DNA of 64,000 nucleotides from Bacteroidota bacterium (GTDB lineage Bacteria; Bacteroidota; Rhodothermia; Rhodothermales; JBCDJV01). A program made the translations under genes and the position numbers. Shown piece by piece: positions 49,003 to 58,326 of this stretch; the stretch's first letter is position 1; each line of letters begins with the position of its first letter. Below the pieces are notes generated by a model that saw nothing but the letters and a program-made list of their open reading frames with translations, ran no database searches and had not been told where the DNA came from. Location of the stretch: NCBI GenBank assembly GCA_038747425.1, contig JBCDJV010000004.1:35692-99691 (forward strand), written 5' to 3'.

Positions 49003-50175
49003 ATGCGTGATTACTACGAGATTCTGGGTGTGAGCCGCGATGCCAGCGAGAGCGACCTCAAACGGTCCTATCGCAAGCTCGCCATGAAGTACCACCCCGA
49101 TCGAAACCCTGGCGATGAGGCGGCTGAGAGCCGCTTCAAAGAGGCGGCCGAGGCCTACGAGGTCCTCTCCGATGCCCAAAAGCGGCAGCGCTACGACCGC
49201 TTTGGTCATGCCGGGGTGCGAGGCACCGGGTCCCCAGGGGGCGGCGCGGGCTTCCAGGATATCAACGACATCTTCAGCGCTTTTGGGGACATCTTTGGCG
49301 GTGGCGCTGGCGGCAGCATCTTCGACGACGTGTTCGGCGGTCGCGGCGGACGGCGTGGCACAGGCCAGGGCCGACCTGGCAGCGACCTCCGCATCCGCCT
49401 CCCGCTCACCCTGGAGGAGATCTCAGAAGGGACCGAAAAGCGCATCAAGGTCCGCAAGATGGTCCTCTGTGAGGTGTGCGACGGCACTGGCTCGGCCGAT
49501 GGGGAGGCCGGCTGGGAGACGTGCCCCACGTGCCAAGGGGCGGGTGAGATTCGCCGCGTCACGCGCTCCGTGTTCGGCCAGTTTATCAACGTGCAGGCGT
49601 GCCCCACGTGTGGTGGGGAAGGCCGGGTGATCACCAACAAGTGTGACAACTGCGGTGGCGAAGGCCGTGTGCGGGGCGAGGAAACCATCACCATCAACGT
49701 GCCTCCTGGCGTCATGGAGGGCAACTACCTGACCCTGCGTGGCATGGGCAACGCGGGCATCCGGGGCGGTCAGCCTGGAGATTTGCGTGTAGAGATTGAG
49801 GAGGTCGCCCACGAGCACTTCCTGCGCGATGGGCTCGACCTGTACCACGACCTCTACATCTCCCTCCCAGATGCCGTACTGGGTACTGAGGTGGAGGTGC
49901 CCACCTTGAAAGGGCATGCTCGGCTTCAGATCGACCCCGGCATTCAGTCGGGGCGTCTCCTGCGCATGCGCGGGCGCGGCCTGCCCGAGCTGAACGGCTC
50001 GCGGCGCGGCGATCAGATGGTCCGGGTCCACGTCTGGATCCCACGGGACGTGACGGACGCTGAGCGTGCGCAGTTCGAAGCGATGCGGACTTCGCCTTCG
50101 TTCACCCCCCAGCCCGGCACCACCAACAAAGAGCGCAAGTCCTTCTTCAGCCGTGTCAAAGACGTATTTTCCTGA
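49003..50175 (+). CDS. dnaJ: molecular chaperone DnaJ
   Basis: It has a J domain with HPD, a G/F region and four CxxCxGxG repeats ([32 protein letters not shown]). Confidence 0.95.
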   Translation: MRDYYEILGVSRDASESDLKRSYRKLAMKYHPDRNPGDEAAESRFKEAAEAYEVLSDAQKRQRYDRFGHAGVRGTGSPGGGAGFQDINDIFSAFGDIFGGGAGGSIFDDVFGGRGGRRGTGQGRPGSDLRIRLPLTLEEISEGTEKRIKVRKMVLCEVCDGTGSADGEAGWETCPTCQGAGEIRRVTRSVFGQFINVQACPTCGGEGRVITNKCDNCGGEGRVRGEETITINVPPGVMEGNYLTLRGMGNAGIRGGQPGDLRVEIEEVAHEHFLRDGLDLYHDLYISLPDAVLGTEVEVPTLKGHARLQIDPGIQSGRLLRMRGRGLPELNGSRRGDQMVRVHVWIPRDVTDAERAQFEAMRTSPSFTPQPGTTNKERKSFFSRVKDVFS

Positions 50176-50271
50176 CGACGAGGACGTACGGATTCGTCAC
50201 GATCCGCACAGAACACGCCCCGCACGGCCTACGTTCGCGCTTCTTTATCTGGTGCAAAAAAATACAGGGCT

Positions 50272-50787
50272 ATGCAGTCTGTTCAGACGAAAGGAGAGGC
50301 GCTCCGTGAGGTGATGCGCCAGGTGCCATCGCCGGTGACGGTGGTGACGATGCGTACACCGGAGGGGCTGCGCGGGGTGACCATCGGGTCGTTTACGAGC
50401 GTCTCGCTGGAGCCGCCGCTGATCTCGTTCAACGTGCAGCGTGCCTCGCAAGCCCATCTGGCGCTACAGACCGCCGAGGCGTTCGCCGTCCACGTCTTGT
50501 CTGAGGCACAGGTGGACCTGTCCAATCACTTTGCCCGCCCAGACCGTACCGGCGAGGAGCAGTTTGCCTCCATCGAGTATCGCGTGGATACTCACGGGCT
50601 GCCCATTTTGCCGGGTGCGGTGGCGGTCCTTCGGTGCCGCCCTTACGCGTTCTATGAAGCCGGAGACCACGACCTGGTGCTGGGCGAGGTCCTGGAAGCC
50701 ACGCTGGAGGCCCCGGCCGCCGCGCTGCTCTACCACAACCGCGCCTACCGCACGGTGGGCGCCGAGGTGACAGCCAACCGGTTCTGA
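50272..50787 (+). CDS. flavin reductase family protein (FMN-binding split barrel)
   Basis: It is a 171-aa protein with the typical VTVVT...G.T.GSFTSVSLEPPL pattern. Confidence 0.85.
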   Translation: MQSVQTKGEALREVMRQVPSPVTVVTMRTPEGLRGVTIGSFTSVSLEPPLISFNVQRASQAHLALQTAEAFAVHVLSEAQVDLSNHFARPDRTGEEQFASIEYRVDTHGLPILPGAVAVLRCRPYAFYEAGDHDLVLGEVLEATLEAPAAALLYHNRAYRTVGAEVTANRF

Positions 50788-51596
50788 CCCGTCCACGCGG
50801 GATCCAGCTCGACGCCGTGCGCCCCGGCCCCATAAAAGGCGAAATCGTAGCGGGCAGGGTCTGTGGGATCCAAGCGCCGGCACGCCTCGGTCAGCTCCTG
50901 GACGGCCCGCCAGTCGTTCTGCGACCGGTGGAGAAAGCCCAGGGCCCGGGCTTGGCGCCCAGCATGCACGTCCAGCGGTAGGACCAACTGGGCGGGTCGG
51001 ATGCTCGTCCACAGCCCGAAGTCAACGGGCCCTGGCCGGACCATCCACCGGAGGTACATAGCGAGCCGTTTGCAGGCACTGCCACGATCGGGCTGCGCGA
51101 GGTGCTTGCGGAGGCGCGCTGGGGTGCCGGGCACGAAGGTGAGCAAGGTGGCGCTAAAGCCCTGGATGGCGGGGCCCACGTCTGTGGCCGTGGCGGGGAG
51201 GTGCCGCGCGAACAGGCGCTCCACCGACCCGTGCTGGCGAAGCCCCTCGCTGAGCGCGCGGGTGAGCCAGTGGGCGTCTGTGGGCTGAAAGGTGCGGTGC
51301 TTGAAGCCGTCCAGGCGCTCCGCATCGCGGCTGGGCCGGTAGCCCTGTACGAAGGCGGCCGGCCGGTACTGCATCCGCTCGCACAGTTCGTTGAGCTTGC
51401 GCAGCATGGTGGGCCGCTGGCCCCACGCCAGTAGGGCCGCGTACAGCCCGATGATCGCCCGATCCTCGGGGTCATCGAAGCCATGCGGAATCGAGATGGG
51501 GTCCGGGGCAATGAACGAGGGGCGCTCGAAGCGGTCTACCAAGCCATCGAGGTAGGCCCGGAGATCGTGGAGACGAGCGGGGAGAGGCGTAGGCAT
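50745..51596 (-). CDS. TIGR02757/DUF2400 family protein
   Basis: Its N-terminus DPISIPHGFDDPEDRAIIGLYAALLAWGQR is typical of the family. ATG 51596 was chosen within ORF 50745..52103. It overlaps the flavin reductase gene by 43 nt (convergent). Confidence 0.72.
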   Translation of the reverse strand: MPTPLPARLHDLRAYLDGLVDRFERPSFIAPDPISIPHGFDDPEDRAIIGLYAALLAWGQRPTMLRKLNELCERMQYRPAAFVQGYRPSRDAERLDGFKHRTFQPTDAHWLTRALSEGLRQHGSVERLFARHLPATATDVGPAIQGFSATLLTFVPGTPARLRKHLAQPDRGSACKRLAMYLRWMVRPGPVDFGLWTSIRPAQLVLPLDVHAGRQARALGFLHRSQNDWRAVQELTEACRRLDPTDPARYDFAFYGAGAHGVELDPAWTGQNRLAVTSAPTVR

Positions 51597-51689
51597 GGCC
51601 GGATAAGAGAAAGGCGGAGGCAACAGATGTGGACGCGGGGTCGTATGTTCCGATGTCCACGCGACCGACCGTTCGTCTGACAGCGCCCC

Positions 51690-52208
51690 ATGGAAGACCT
51701 GCTGTATTACCTGGCCCTTTTCATCATCTACCTGGTCTTCCAGGTGGTCGGGGGGAAGAAGAAAAAGAAGAAGAAGCCGGTTCCCATCGAGTCTCCATCG
51801 CCGGTGGAGTCGATGGAACCCATGAGTGCGGAGGAGGCCGAACGCGCCGTCCAGCGCCAGGAGCAGATGGAACAGATCGGACGCGAGCTGGGCGACATCC
51901 TGGGCATCGAGATTCCCGTTCCGAAGCGGCCACCCCAGCCCTCGCGCCCCATCCCGGGTCCGGTCCCGGTGCGCACGCAGGTGCCGCAGCGCACCAACAT
52001 GTTGCGCTCGGCCAACGTAGCCGACACCGAGTACCACGCCCCCAGTCCGCTCGGCCACCTCGGGCACGAGCACTTCAAGAAGCCGCCCGTGCGTCGGGTC
52101 CACGGCCGCCGCACCAAGTCGCTGATCGAACGCCTCCAGCGCCTGGACACCGCCCGCGAGGCCGTCCTGCTCAACGAGATTCTGGGGACACCCAAGAGCA
52201 AGCGATAA
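51690..52208 (+). CDS. hypothetical membrane-anchored protein with a Lys7 tract
   Basis: It has an N-terminal TM helix, then GGKKKKKKKP, a Pro-rich middle region and a basic C-terminus. I recognise no family. Confidence 0.5.
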   Translation: MEDLLYYLALFIIYLVFQVVGGKKKKKKKPVPIESPSPVESMEPMSAEEAERAVQRQEQMEQIGRELGDILGIEIPVPKRPPQPSRPIPGPVPVRTQVPQRTNMLRSANVADTEYHAPSPLGHLGHEHFKKPPVRRVHGRRTKSLIERLQRLDTAREAVLLNEILGTPKSKR

Positions 52209-52338
52209 AGGCCGCTGCAGAAGCCCGTGCAGCCGATCACCCTCCGCAGAGACTGAACTGCCCCCGTGGTCGGCTCGTCAAGCCCCCTAAGTGCTCTGTC
52301 AAGCTCCTACTGATGGGCGCTGTACGCCTCGTCACACG

Positions 52339-52374
52339 CCAGGCGGCGTTGTCCGCGTCGCCCGGGGCGCGGCG
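52339..52374. repeat. 36-nt intergenic repeat, copy 2
   Basis: CCAGGCGGCGTTGTCCGCGTCGCCCGGGGCGCGGCG matches 11348-11383 at 33 of 36 positions. Confidence 0.85.
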
Positions 52375-52586
52375 GGTCAACGCGGTGCAGCCAGCGTGCT
52401 CGTTGCCCCGCTGGATCAGACGACGCGCTGGCGTCGCCTCCGCGTGAGCTCGTAGTGTGGGCAGCGGGTCTGCGAACTGGAGATCGCCACGGCTTCTTGG
52501 GGGCTGATCGTACGTCCCTCAGGAACTTTGCAGCCCGGGCTCACATCCGAACGTATACCCTCCGCCTGTACAAACGATGACGTCCT

Positions 52587-53807
52587 ATGTCTAGCTCGCT
52601 GCGAGTGTGGTTGCTCACAGGTGTTCTACTTTCGCTGTTGATGTCTTGCGACTCAGGTAGGTCCGACTCGATGCCGATTGGTCCAGGGACGGGGCCTGTC
52701 CCCGGCCTGGACGGCGTCCCGCTGCCCCCAGACGTAACCGTGGACCTGCTGGATGCACACGTGGAGGTTGTAGCCTCCGGGTATGCGATCCCATGGGCCG
52801 TAGCTGTGCTCGGTGAGGACGAGTACCTAGTGACTGAGCGGTTCGGTGCCCTCAGCCACATCCGCGACGGCCAGCGCACCGACCTAGAGGGCTTGCCTGA
52901 AACCTACATCGTACAGGCGGGCCCGCTCTTTCTCGGCGGCTACAACGACGTCAGCCTGCATCCGCAGTTCGAGACAAATGGACTGGTCTATCTTGCTTTC
53001 GTGCAGCCCCTTACCGAGGATCAAGGCGCTGGACACATGGCCGTCGGTCGGTTCAACTTCTCTGACCGTACCGTGCAAGGTTTTGAGATCATCTTTCAGA
53101 CCAACAGCTTCTCGGTGGGTTCGCGGATCGTGTGGCAAGACGATGCGCACTTTTTCGTGACGCAGGGCGCGGCCGGCAGTCCATTTCCAGAACCCGGCGC
53201 CCAAGACCTAGATAGCGATAGCGGCAAGATCCACCGCCTCAGAGCTGATGGGTCTATCCCTTCTGACAATCCGGTGTTCGATGGCAAGTCCGGGCCCACC
53301 AGCATATGGAGCTACGGCCACCGCGACACGCAGGGGCTGTTCTACAGCAACGGCATGCTATACGCCAACGAGCACGGCCCCCTGGGGGGAGACGAACTCA
53401 ACGTCATCGAGAAAGGCGGAAACTATGGCTGGCCCCTCTTCTCGTATGGACTCAACTATGACGGGTCGCCCGTCGGCGAACTGACGGAAGCCGAAGCCGA
53501 GCAGATGAGCATCTTGCCGCTCAAGGGCTGGGGGCCCGAGTTCAACATGGCGCCCTCGGGACTGATGCAGCTACAAGACAGCGCCTTTCCGGAGCGAGAT
53601 GGCGTCTTTCTCTGGGGCGCGCTCGCTCAGCGTCGCCTCATGGGCTATGACCCCGCGTCTGGCCGCACAACCATCCTTCTTGAGCAGGTAGGCCGCGTAC
53701 GCGATGTGGCCCAGCTGCCCAGCGGCAACCTGCTGATCCTGTACGACACCACAAACTTGGCCCCGGATGAAGTGAACGGCAGTGTGGCCAAGCTCATCAA
53801 GCAGTGA
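52587..53807 (+). CDS. PQQ-dependent sugar dehydrogenase (soluble glucose/sorbosone dehydrogenase family) lipoprotein
   Basis: It has the lipobox LLMSCDS and beta-propeller family motifs (YGHRDTQGL, HGPLGGDELN, GGNYGWP). Confidence 0.8.
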   Translation: MSSSLRVWLLTGVLLSLLMSCDSGRSDSMPIGPGTGPVPGLDGVPLPPDVTVDLLDAHVEVVASGYAIPWAVAVLGEDEYLVTERFGALSHIRDGQRTDLEGLPETYIVQAGPLFLGGYNDVSLHPQFETNGLVYLAFVQPLTEDQGAGHMAVGRFNFSDRTVQGFEIIFQTNSFSVGSRIVWQDDAHFFVTQGAAGSPFPEPGAQDLDSDSGKIHRLRADGSIPSDNPVFDGKSGPTSIWSYGHRDTQGLFYSNGMLYANEHGPLGGDELNVIEKGGNYGWPLFSYGLNYDGSPVGELTEAEAEQMSILPLKGWGPEFNMAPSGLMQLQDSAFPERDGVFLWGALAQRRLMGYDPASGRTTILLEQVGRVRDVAQLPSGNLLILYDTTNLAPDEVNGSVAKLIKQ

Positions 53808-54024
53808 ATGGCTGGTGCCGGCGGTAGACGAACGGGTCTCCGCACAGCCGGCGTCAAGGACACAGCCGGCGTCAGCGTGCCCTGCGTGGCCGGCCACCGC
53901 TGGCCGGCTCCACCACGAAGGCGGCAAACCCGGGAGGCATGGCGAGCACCGGTCATCACATGGTGGAGAGATCATCAGCTAATTATGATCCCCCGGTTTG
54001 CGCTCACCATGAACAACGTCCAGC

Positions 54025-54495
54025 TCAGGCGTCTTCTCCTTTCTTGAAGGCCGAGGCGCCGATGGCCCCCCCGATGGCGCCGAAGACGGCGCTGACTGCG
54101 ACCCCAACCAGTCCGGCGGTCAGCTGACTCATCAGGGTGACGGGAGCTTCCATCTGGGCCACCAACTGGTCATACTGGTCCGGCGGCATGCTATCCCCGA
54201 AGCTGCTGAGCATCCATTGGGTGAAGGCCAGGTCGTGGCGGATGCCCAACTGGATCAACGCATAGTTGAGGAAGATGGCGATAAACGTGCCCAGGGCGGC
54301 CGCGATGAGCCCCATGAGCGCCCCGCGGCCCGCCAGTAGGGTGAGTTGGTGGGTGGAGGTGTAATGCCAGACCGCCATCATGCTGCCGATGATGACACCC
54401 GCGCAGCAGAGGAAGTTGATGAACCCCAGGTAGGAAGTAGAGAGGATCGCGACGACGGCCGCGCCCAACACGATCGATTGGGTCTGGTTCGGCAT
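54025..54495 (-). CDS. hypothetical polytopic membrane protein
   Basis: It has four hydrophobic segments. ATG 54495 was chosen. It is divergent from tetR. Confidence 0.55.
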   Translation of the reverse strand: MPNQTQSIVLGAAVVAILSTSYLGFINFLCCAGVIIGSMMAVWHYTSTHQLTLLAGRGALMGLIAAALGTFIAIFLNYALIQLGIRHDLAFTQWMLSSFGDSMPPDQYDQLVAQMEAPVTLMSQLTAGLVGVAVSAVFGAIGGAIGASAFKKGEDA

Positions 54496-54687
54496 GGTGG
54501 GAGCACAAACTGGGTGGGTGAGATGATGACGGGCTGCGCCCAGGCCCTGCAAGCCTGGACAGCATCGGAGGAGGCATGATAGGAAGGTCGGCCTAGGAAA
54601 GCCACCTCCCCGGCGAAGAGCATCCCCCTGGGCCGAGCCCGCCCTCGATCCTCACCCGACGATGAGCTTGGCCGTTGCAACTTGGTT

Positions 54688-54699
54688 AACCATATGGTT
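54688..54699. promoter_or_regulatory. candidate TetR operator: perfect 12-bp palindrome AACCATATGGTT
   Basis: It lies about 60 nt upstream of the tetR start in an AT-rich divergent promoter region. A related half-site, AAATGGTTGG, follows. Confidence 0.35.
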
Positions 54700-54758
54700 G
54701 GAACAAATGGTTGGTATTTGGTCGTAAGAGTGCTCATCTCATTTATCTGGTGCCAGCC

Positions 54759-55394
54759 ATGACCAACACCGTCGAAACAGAAGAGCGCATTTTCGATGCC
54801 GCCCTGGTGGTGTTTGCCTCCAAGGGGCGTGATGGCGCACGCATGCAAGAGATTGCGGACCAGGCGGGTATCAACAAAGCGATGCTGCACTACTATTTCC
54901 GCAGCAAAGACCGGCTTTACGAGGCGGTGTTCGGCTACGTGATGAAGCGGTTCATGCAGGCGTTCGCGCAAGAGACGCGTGGGGCGACCACGTTTGCCGA
55001 GTTTCTGCGCGGCTTCATCGACAGCTACATCGACGCGCTGCATGCGAACCCCGACGTGTTTCGGCTGATGGTGAACGAGAACCTGAGCGGTGGGCAAGCA
55101 CTCGGCACACACATCGGGCGCTTCAAGCAGGCCCAGGAGGGGGCGCCCCAGCTCTTCGTCCGCAAGATCGAGGCGGCGGTGGAGCGTGGGGACATCCGGG
55201 CCGTCGATCCTTGGCACACCATCCTCACCGTCATCTCCAGCTGCATCTTCTTCTTCGTCTCCCGGCCCACCGTCGAGCTGATCCACCCGGATGCGCAGGA
55301 CTGGGACGCCTTTGTGAAGGCTCGGAAGCAGCACATCTTCGACCTGATCTACCACGGCCTCCAACCGGCAGGCCCCCATGACACCCCTTCATGA
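54759..55394 (+). CDS. TetR/AcrR family transcriptional regulator
   Basis: It has the HTH GARMQEIADQAGINKAMLHYYFRSKDRLY. Its stop overlaps the next gene's start (ATGATG). Confidence 0.85.
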   Translation: MTNTVETEERIFDAALVVFASKGRDGARMQEIADQAGINKAMLHYYFRSKDRLYEAVFGYVMKRFMQAFAQETRGATTFAEFLRGFIDSYIDALHANPDVFRLMVNENLSGGQALGTHIGRFKQAQEGAPQLFVRKIEAAVERGDIRAVDPWHTILTVISSCIFFFVSRPTVELIHPDAQDWDAFVKARKQHIFDLIYHGLQPAGPHDTPS

Positions 55395-56887
55395 TGCCTA
55401 TTTCCGCCCTGCGCCCTGCGGCGCTTCTTGTGTTGGCTAGCCTGCTCAGCCTGGCGGGGTGCTCGTTTGCGCCTCGTGTGCAGGCTCCGGAGGCCGTCAC
55501 GGCCCTCCCCGAGGCCTACGCCGCGCTTGACACGCTGGCCGCCTACGCGCCCGAGACCTGGTGGTCAGCCTACAACGACCCCGTGCTCGACGCCGTCCTT
55601 GATTCTGTCCGAGCCTCCAACCTGGACCTCGCCGAAGCCGTGGCGCGCGTGGAGGAGGTAGCGGCCCTGTACCGCATCCAGCGAAGCGGGCTTTTTCCCA
55701 CGCTCGAGGCCTCGGCCAACGTTTCCCGTCAGGACCAGCCGATCGACGCCGGGTTCGGCGGTGTTCCCATTCCCGGCTTAGGTGGGGACGGCGATGCGCC
55801 TGACCGCTTCGACTTCACGCAGTACACCACGGGCCTGGCCCTGGCCTACGAGATCGACTTCTGGGGGCGGGTCCGCAACGACACCAAGGCGGCCGTGCGC
55901 GATGTCGTAGCGGCCGAGGCCGATCTGCGCACGGCCGAGCTCACCGTGCTGGCACAGTCGATCACCACCTACTTTGACATCGTGGATCTCCGCACGCGGA
56001 TCGCTCTGACCGTTGAGACCATCGATGTGTTGGCCGAGCGGGTGGAACGCACCCAGGAGCGGTACGACCGCGGCCTTGTCACCTCGTTTGAGCTATACTC
56101 CGTGCTCCAAACGTTCCGCAACGCCCAGTCCGGGTTGCCGTTGCTGGAAGGCACCCTGGCCAATGCGGAGGGACGTCTGGCCGTCTTGATGGGGCGGTAC
56201 GCCGGGACCATCGACGCCGTTCTAGGCGACACGTTAGCGCCGCAACTGGCGTTGACGCCGATCCCCGCTGGGCTGCCGTCTGAGCTGTTGGTGCAGCGGC
56301 CGGACGTCTTGGCGGCCTTGCAGCGCATGGAAGCCGCCCGTTTGCGGGTCGGCGCGCGGCGTGCCGAGCTGTTCCCGCGCCTCACCCTGTCTGGGTCCAT
56401 CGGCACCCAGTCCAACGACGTCGAGAACGTGCTGAATTTCGATCGGTGGGTGCTCTCCTTGGCCAGCGGCCTGGCCGCGCCCATCTTCCAGGGCGGCCGC
56501 CTCCGAGCCAACGTGAGCGCGGCCGAGGCGCGCTACGCCCAGACCGCCGCCGCCTATGCCCGGGCCGTACTGACCGCCTACCAGGAGGTAGACGGGGCCC
56601 TCCAGGTCTTTGAGGAAGGTCGTCAGCGCTACCTGTTTCTCGATGAGCAACGGGCTGAGGCCCAGGCCACCGCCGACCTCCAGGCCAGCCGCTTCGAGCG
56701 GGGGGTGGGCACCTACCTCGACTATCTCGACGCCCTGAGCAACCTCCTCACGGTGGAGACCACCCTCGTAGGGGCCGCGCGCGACGTAGCCTTAGCGCGC
56801 CTGGATGTCCACCGCGCCCTCGGCGGTGGCTGGACACCCACCCCGCCCACCACGGAGGTCGTCCTGATCTCTGAAACCACAGACTGA
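55391..56887 (+). CDS. efflux outer membrane factor lipoprotein (NodT/TolC family)
   Basis: It has the lipobox LSLAGCS, two TolC-like repeats, and sits in an operon with the MFP and RND genes. Confidence 0.85.
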   Translation: MMPISALRPAALLVLASLLSLAGCSFAPRVQAPEAVTALPEAYAALDTLAAYAPETWWSAYNDPVLDAVLDSVRASNLDLAEAVARVEEVAALYRIQRSGLFPTLEASANVSRQDQPIDAGFGGVPIPGLGGDGDAPDRFDFTQYTTGLALAYEIDFWGRVRNDTKAAVRDVVAAEADLRTAELTVLAQSITTYFDIVDLRTRIALTVETIDVLAERVERTQERYDRGLVTSFELYSVLQTFRNAQSGLPLLEGTLANAEGRLAVLMGRYAGTIDAVLGDTLAPQLALTPIPAGLPSELLVQRPDVLAALQRMEAARLRVGARRAELFPRLTLSGSIGTQSNDVENVLNFDRWVLSLASGLAAPIFQGGRLRANVSAAEARYAQTAAAYARAVLTAYQEVDGALQVFEEGRQRYLFLDEQRAEAQATADLQASRFERGVGTYLDYLDALSNLLTVETTLVGAARDVALARLDVHRALGGGWTPTPPTTEVVLISETTD

Positions 56888-56949
56888 CGCCACGACCGTG
56901 CTGAAGTCCACCAACGACCTGCTCTCGATCTCCCAACCTCTGCAATCCG

Positions 56950-58290
56950 ATGACTAAATATCTCATCGCCGCTGGTATTCTCGTGGCCTGCATTGGCGGG
57001 GCCGCGCTGATGATTGCCCTGCGGCCCGAGCCGCCCCAGGAGCCGCCCCCAGAGCGCACCCCCCTCGTCCAGACCTCCAGCGCCGACGTGCGCTCGGGCA
57101 CGCTGCAGGTGACGGGCAATGGCACCGTCCGCCCCCGGGCTGAGATCGGGCTGGCGCCGCAGATCGCAGGTCAGGTGGTGTACGTCAACCCAGCCCTGGT
57201 GAGCGGGGCTCGCGTACGGCGCGGACAGGTGCTGGTGCGGATCGACCCGGCCGACTACCAGAACCGGGTCCAGCAGGCCGAGGCCGACGTGGCTCAGCAG
57301 CAGGTGAACGTGCTTCAGGCTGAAGAGGAGGCCGCCATCGCCCGGGCCGAGTACGAGCAGTTCCGTCGGCGAGACGCCCGGCAAGGCGCCGCTACCTTCG
57401 GCAGCGTGGACAGCAATGACTACGCCCGCCGGTTCGTGGGCGAAGAGCGGCAAGCCCAGGCCCGGACCACCGACGAGCCCAGTGCGCTGGTCTTGCGGGA
57501 GCCCCAGTTGCAAGCGGCCCAGGCCTCGCTGGCCCGTGCCCAGGCGGCCCTAGCCGATGCCCAGCTCGCGTTGGACCGCACACAGATCGTAGCCCCCTTT
57601 GACGGGGTGGTGCGTAGCGAGACGGTCGACCCCGGGGCGTACGTGGCGCCGGGACAGGTGCTCGCGCAGATCTATGCGTCGGACGCCGTGGAAGTGTCCG
57701 TGCCGCTGTCCGACGAAGACGCGGCCCTCATCCCCACGCTCTGGGCCCCGGGTGGCCAGCGCATCGCGGCGCGCGTGGTGGGCACGTATGGCGCCCAGGA
57801 GTTCGCCTGGGACGGCTATGTAGACCGGGCCGAGACGGCGCTCGACACAGAGAGTCGTACGATCGACGTGATCGTACGCGTGCCGCAACCGTTCTCCAGC
57901 GGTCAACGCGTGACCGGGCCGGGCGGCGAGCTCGCTGGCGCCAGCGTGGCGCTCGGCGGTACCCCTCCGCTGCTGGTTGGCCAGTTTGTGGATATCGACA
58001 TCGATGGGGCTTCGCTGGAGCGCTACACCGTGGTGCCCCGCCAAGCGCTGCGCCCTGGTGACGAGGTGTGGGCGGTCGAGTCGGATAGCCTGGTGACCAT
58101 CGTGCCCGTCCAGGTGCTGCAGCAGACGGGGGAGGAGGTGGCCGTGCTGGGCGATCTCCGCGAGGGGCAGCCCGTCATCATCAGCAACCTCCAGGTCGTG
58201 ACCAACGGCATGAAAGTTCGATTGGCCGACACCGGGGCCGACCGCCCCCGCGCCCCCGCAGATTCCACCGCCCTCGCCGCGCGGCCGTAA
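56950..58290 (+). CDS. efflux RND periplasmic adaptor (membrane fusion protein)
   Basis: It has an N-terminal TM segment, a coiled-coil hairpin (QQAEADVAQQQVNVLQAEEE ... LARAQAALADAQLALDRT) and beta-barrel domains. Confidence 0.85.
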   Translation: MTKYLIAAGILVACIGGAALMIALRPEPPQEPPPERTPLVQTSSADVRSGTLQVTGNGTVRPRAEIGLAPQIAGQVVYVNPALVSGARVRRGQVLVRIDPADYQNRVQQAEADVAQQQVNVLQAEEEAAIARAEYEQFRRRDARQGAATFGSVDSNDYARRFVGEERQAQARTTDEPSALVLREPQLQAAQASLARAQAALADAQLALDRTQIVAPFDGVVRSETVDPGAYVAPGQVLAQIYASDAVEVSVPLSDEDAALIPTLWAPGGQRIAARVVGTYGAQEFAWDGYVDRAETALDTESRTIDVIVRVPQPFSSGQRVTGPGGELAGASVALGGTPPLLVGQFVDIDIDGASLERYTVVPRQALRPGDEVWAVESDSLVTIVPVQVLQQTGEEVAVLGDLREGQPVIISNLQVVTNGMKVRLADTGADRPRAPADSTALAARP

Positions 58291-58326
58291 CGTCTCCACC
58301 TATCGCCCTACCATCTGACTGGTCCC

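Noticed and set aside
51597-52103. An N-terminal 169-aa extension of the TIGR02757 ORF (ORF track 50745..52103).
   Set aside because: The extension is low-complexity and antisense to the 51690..52208 ORF. The family-typical N-terminus begins at the internal ATG 51596.
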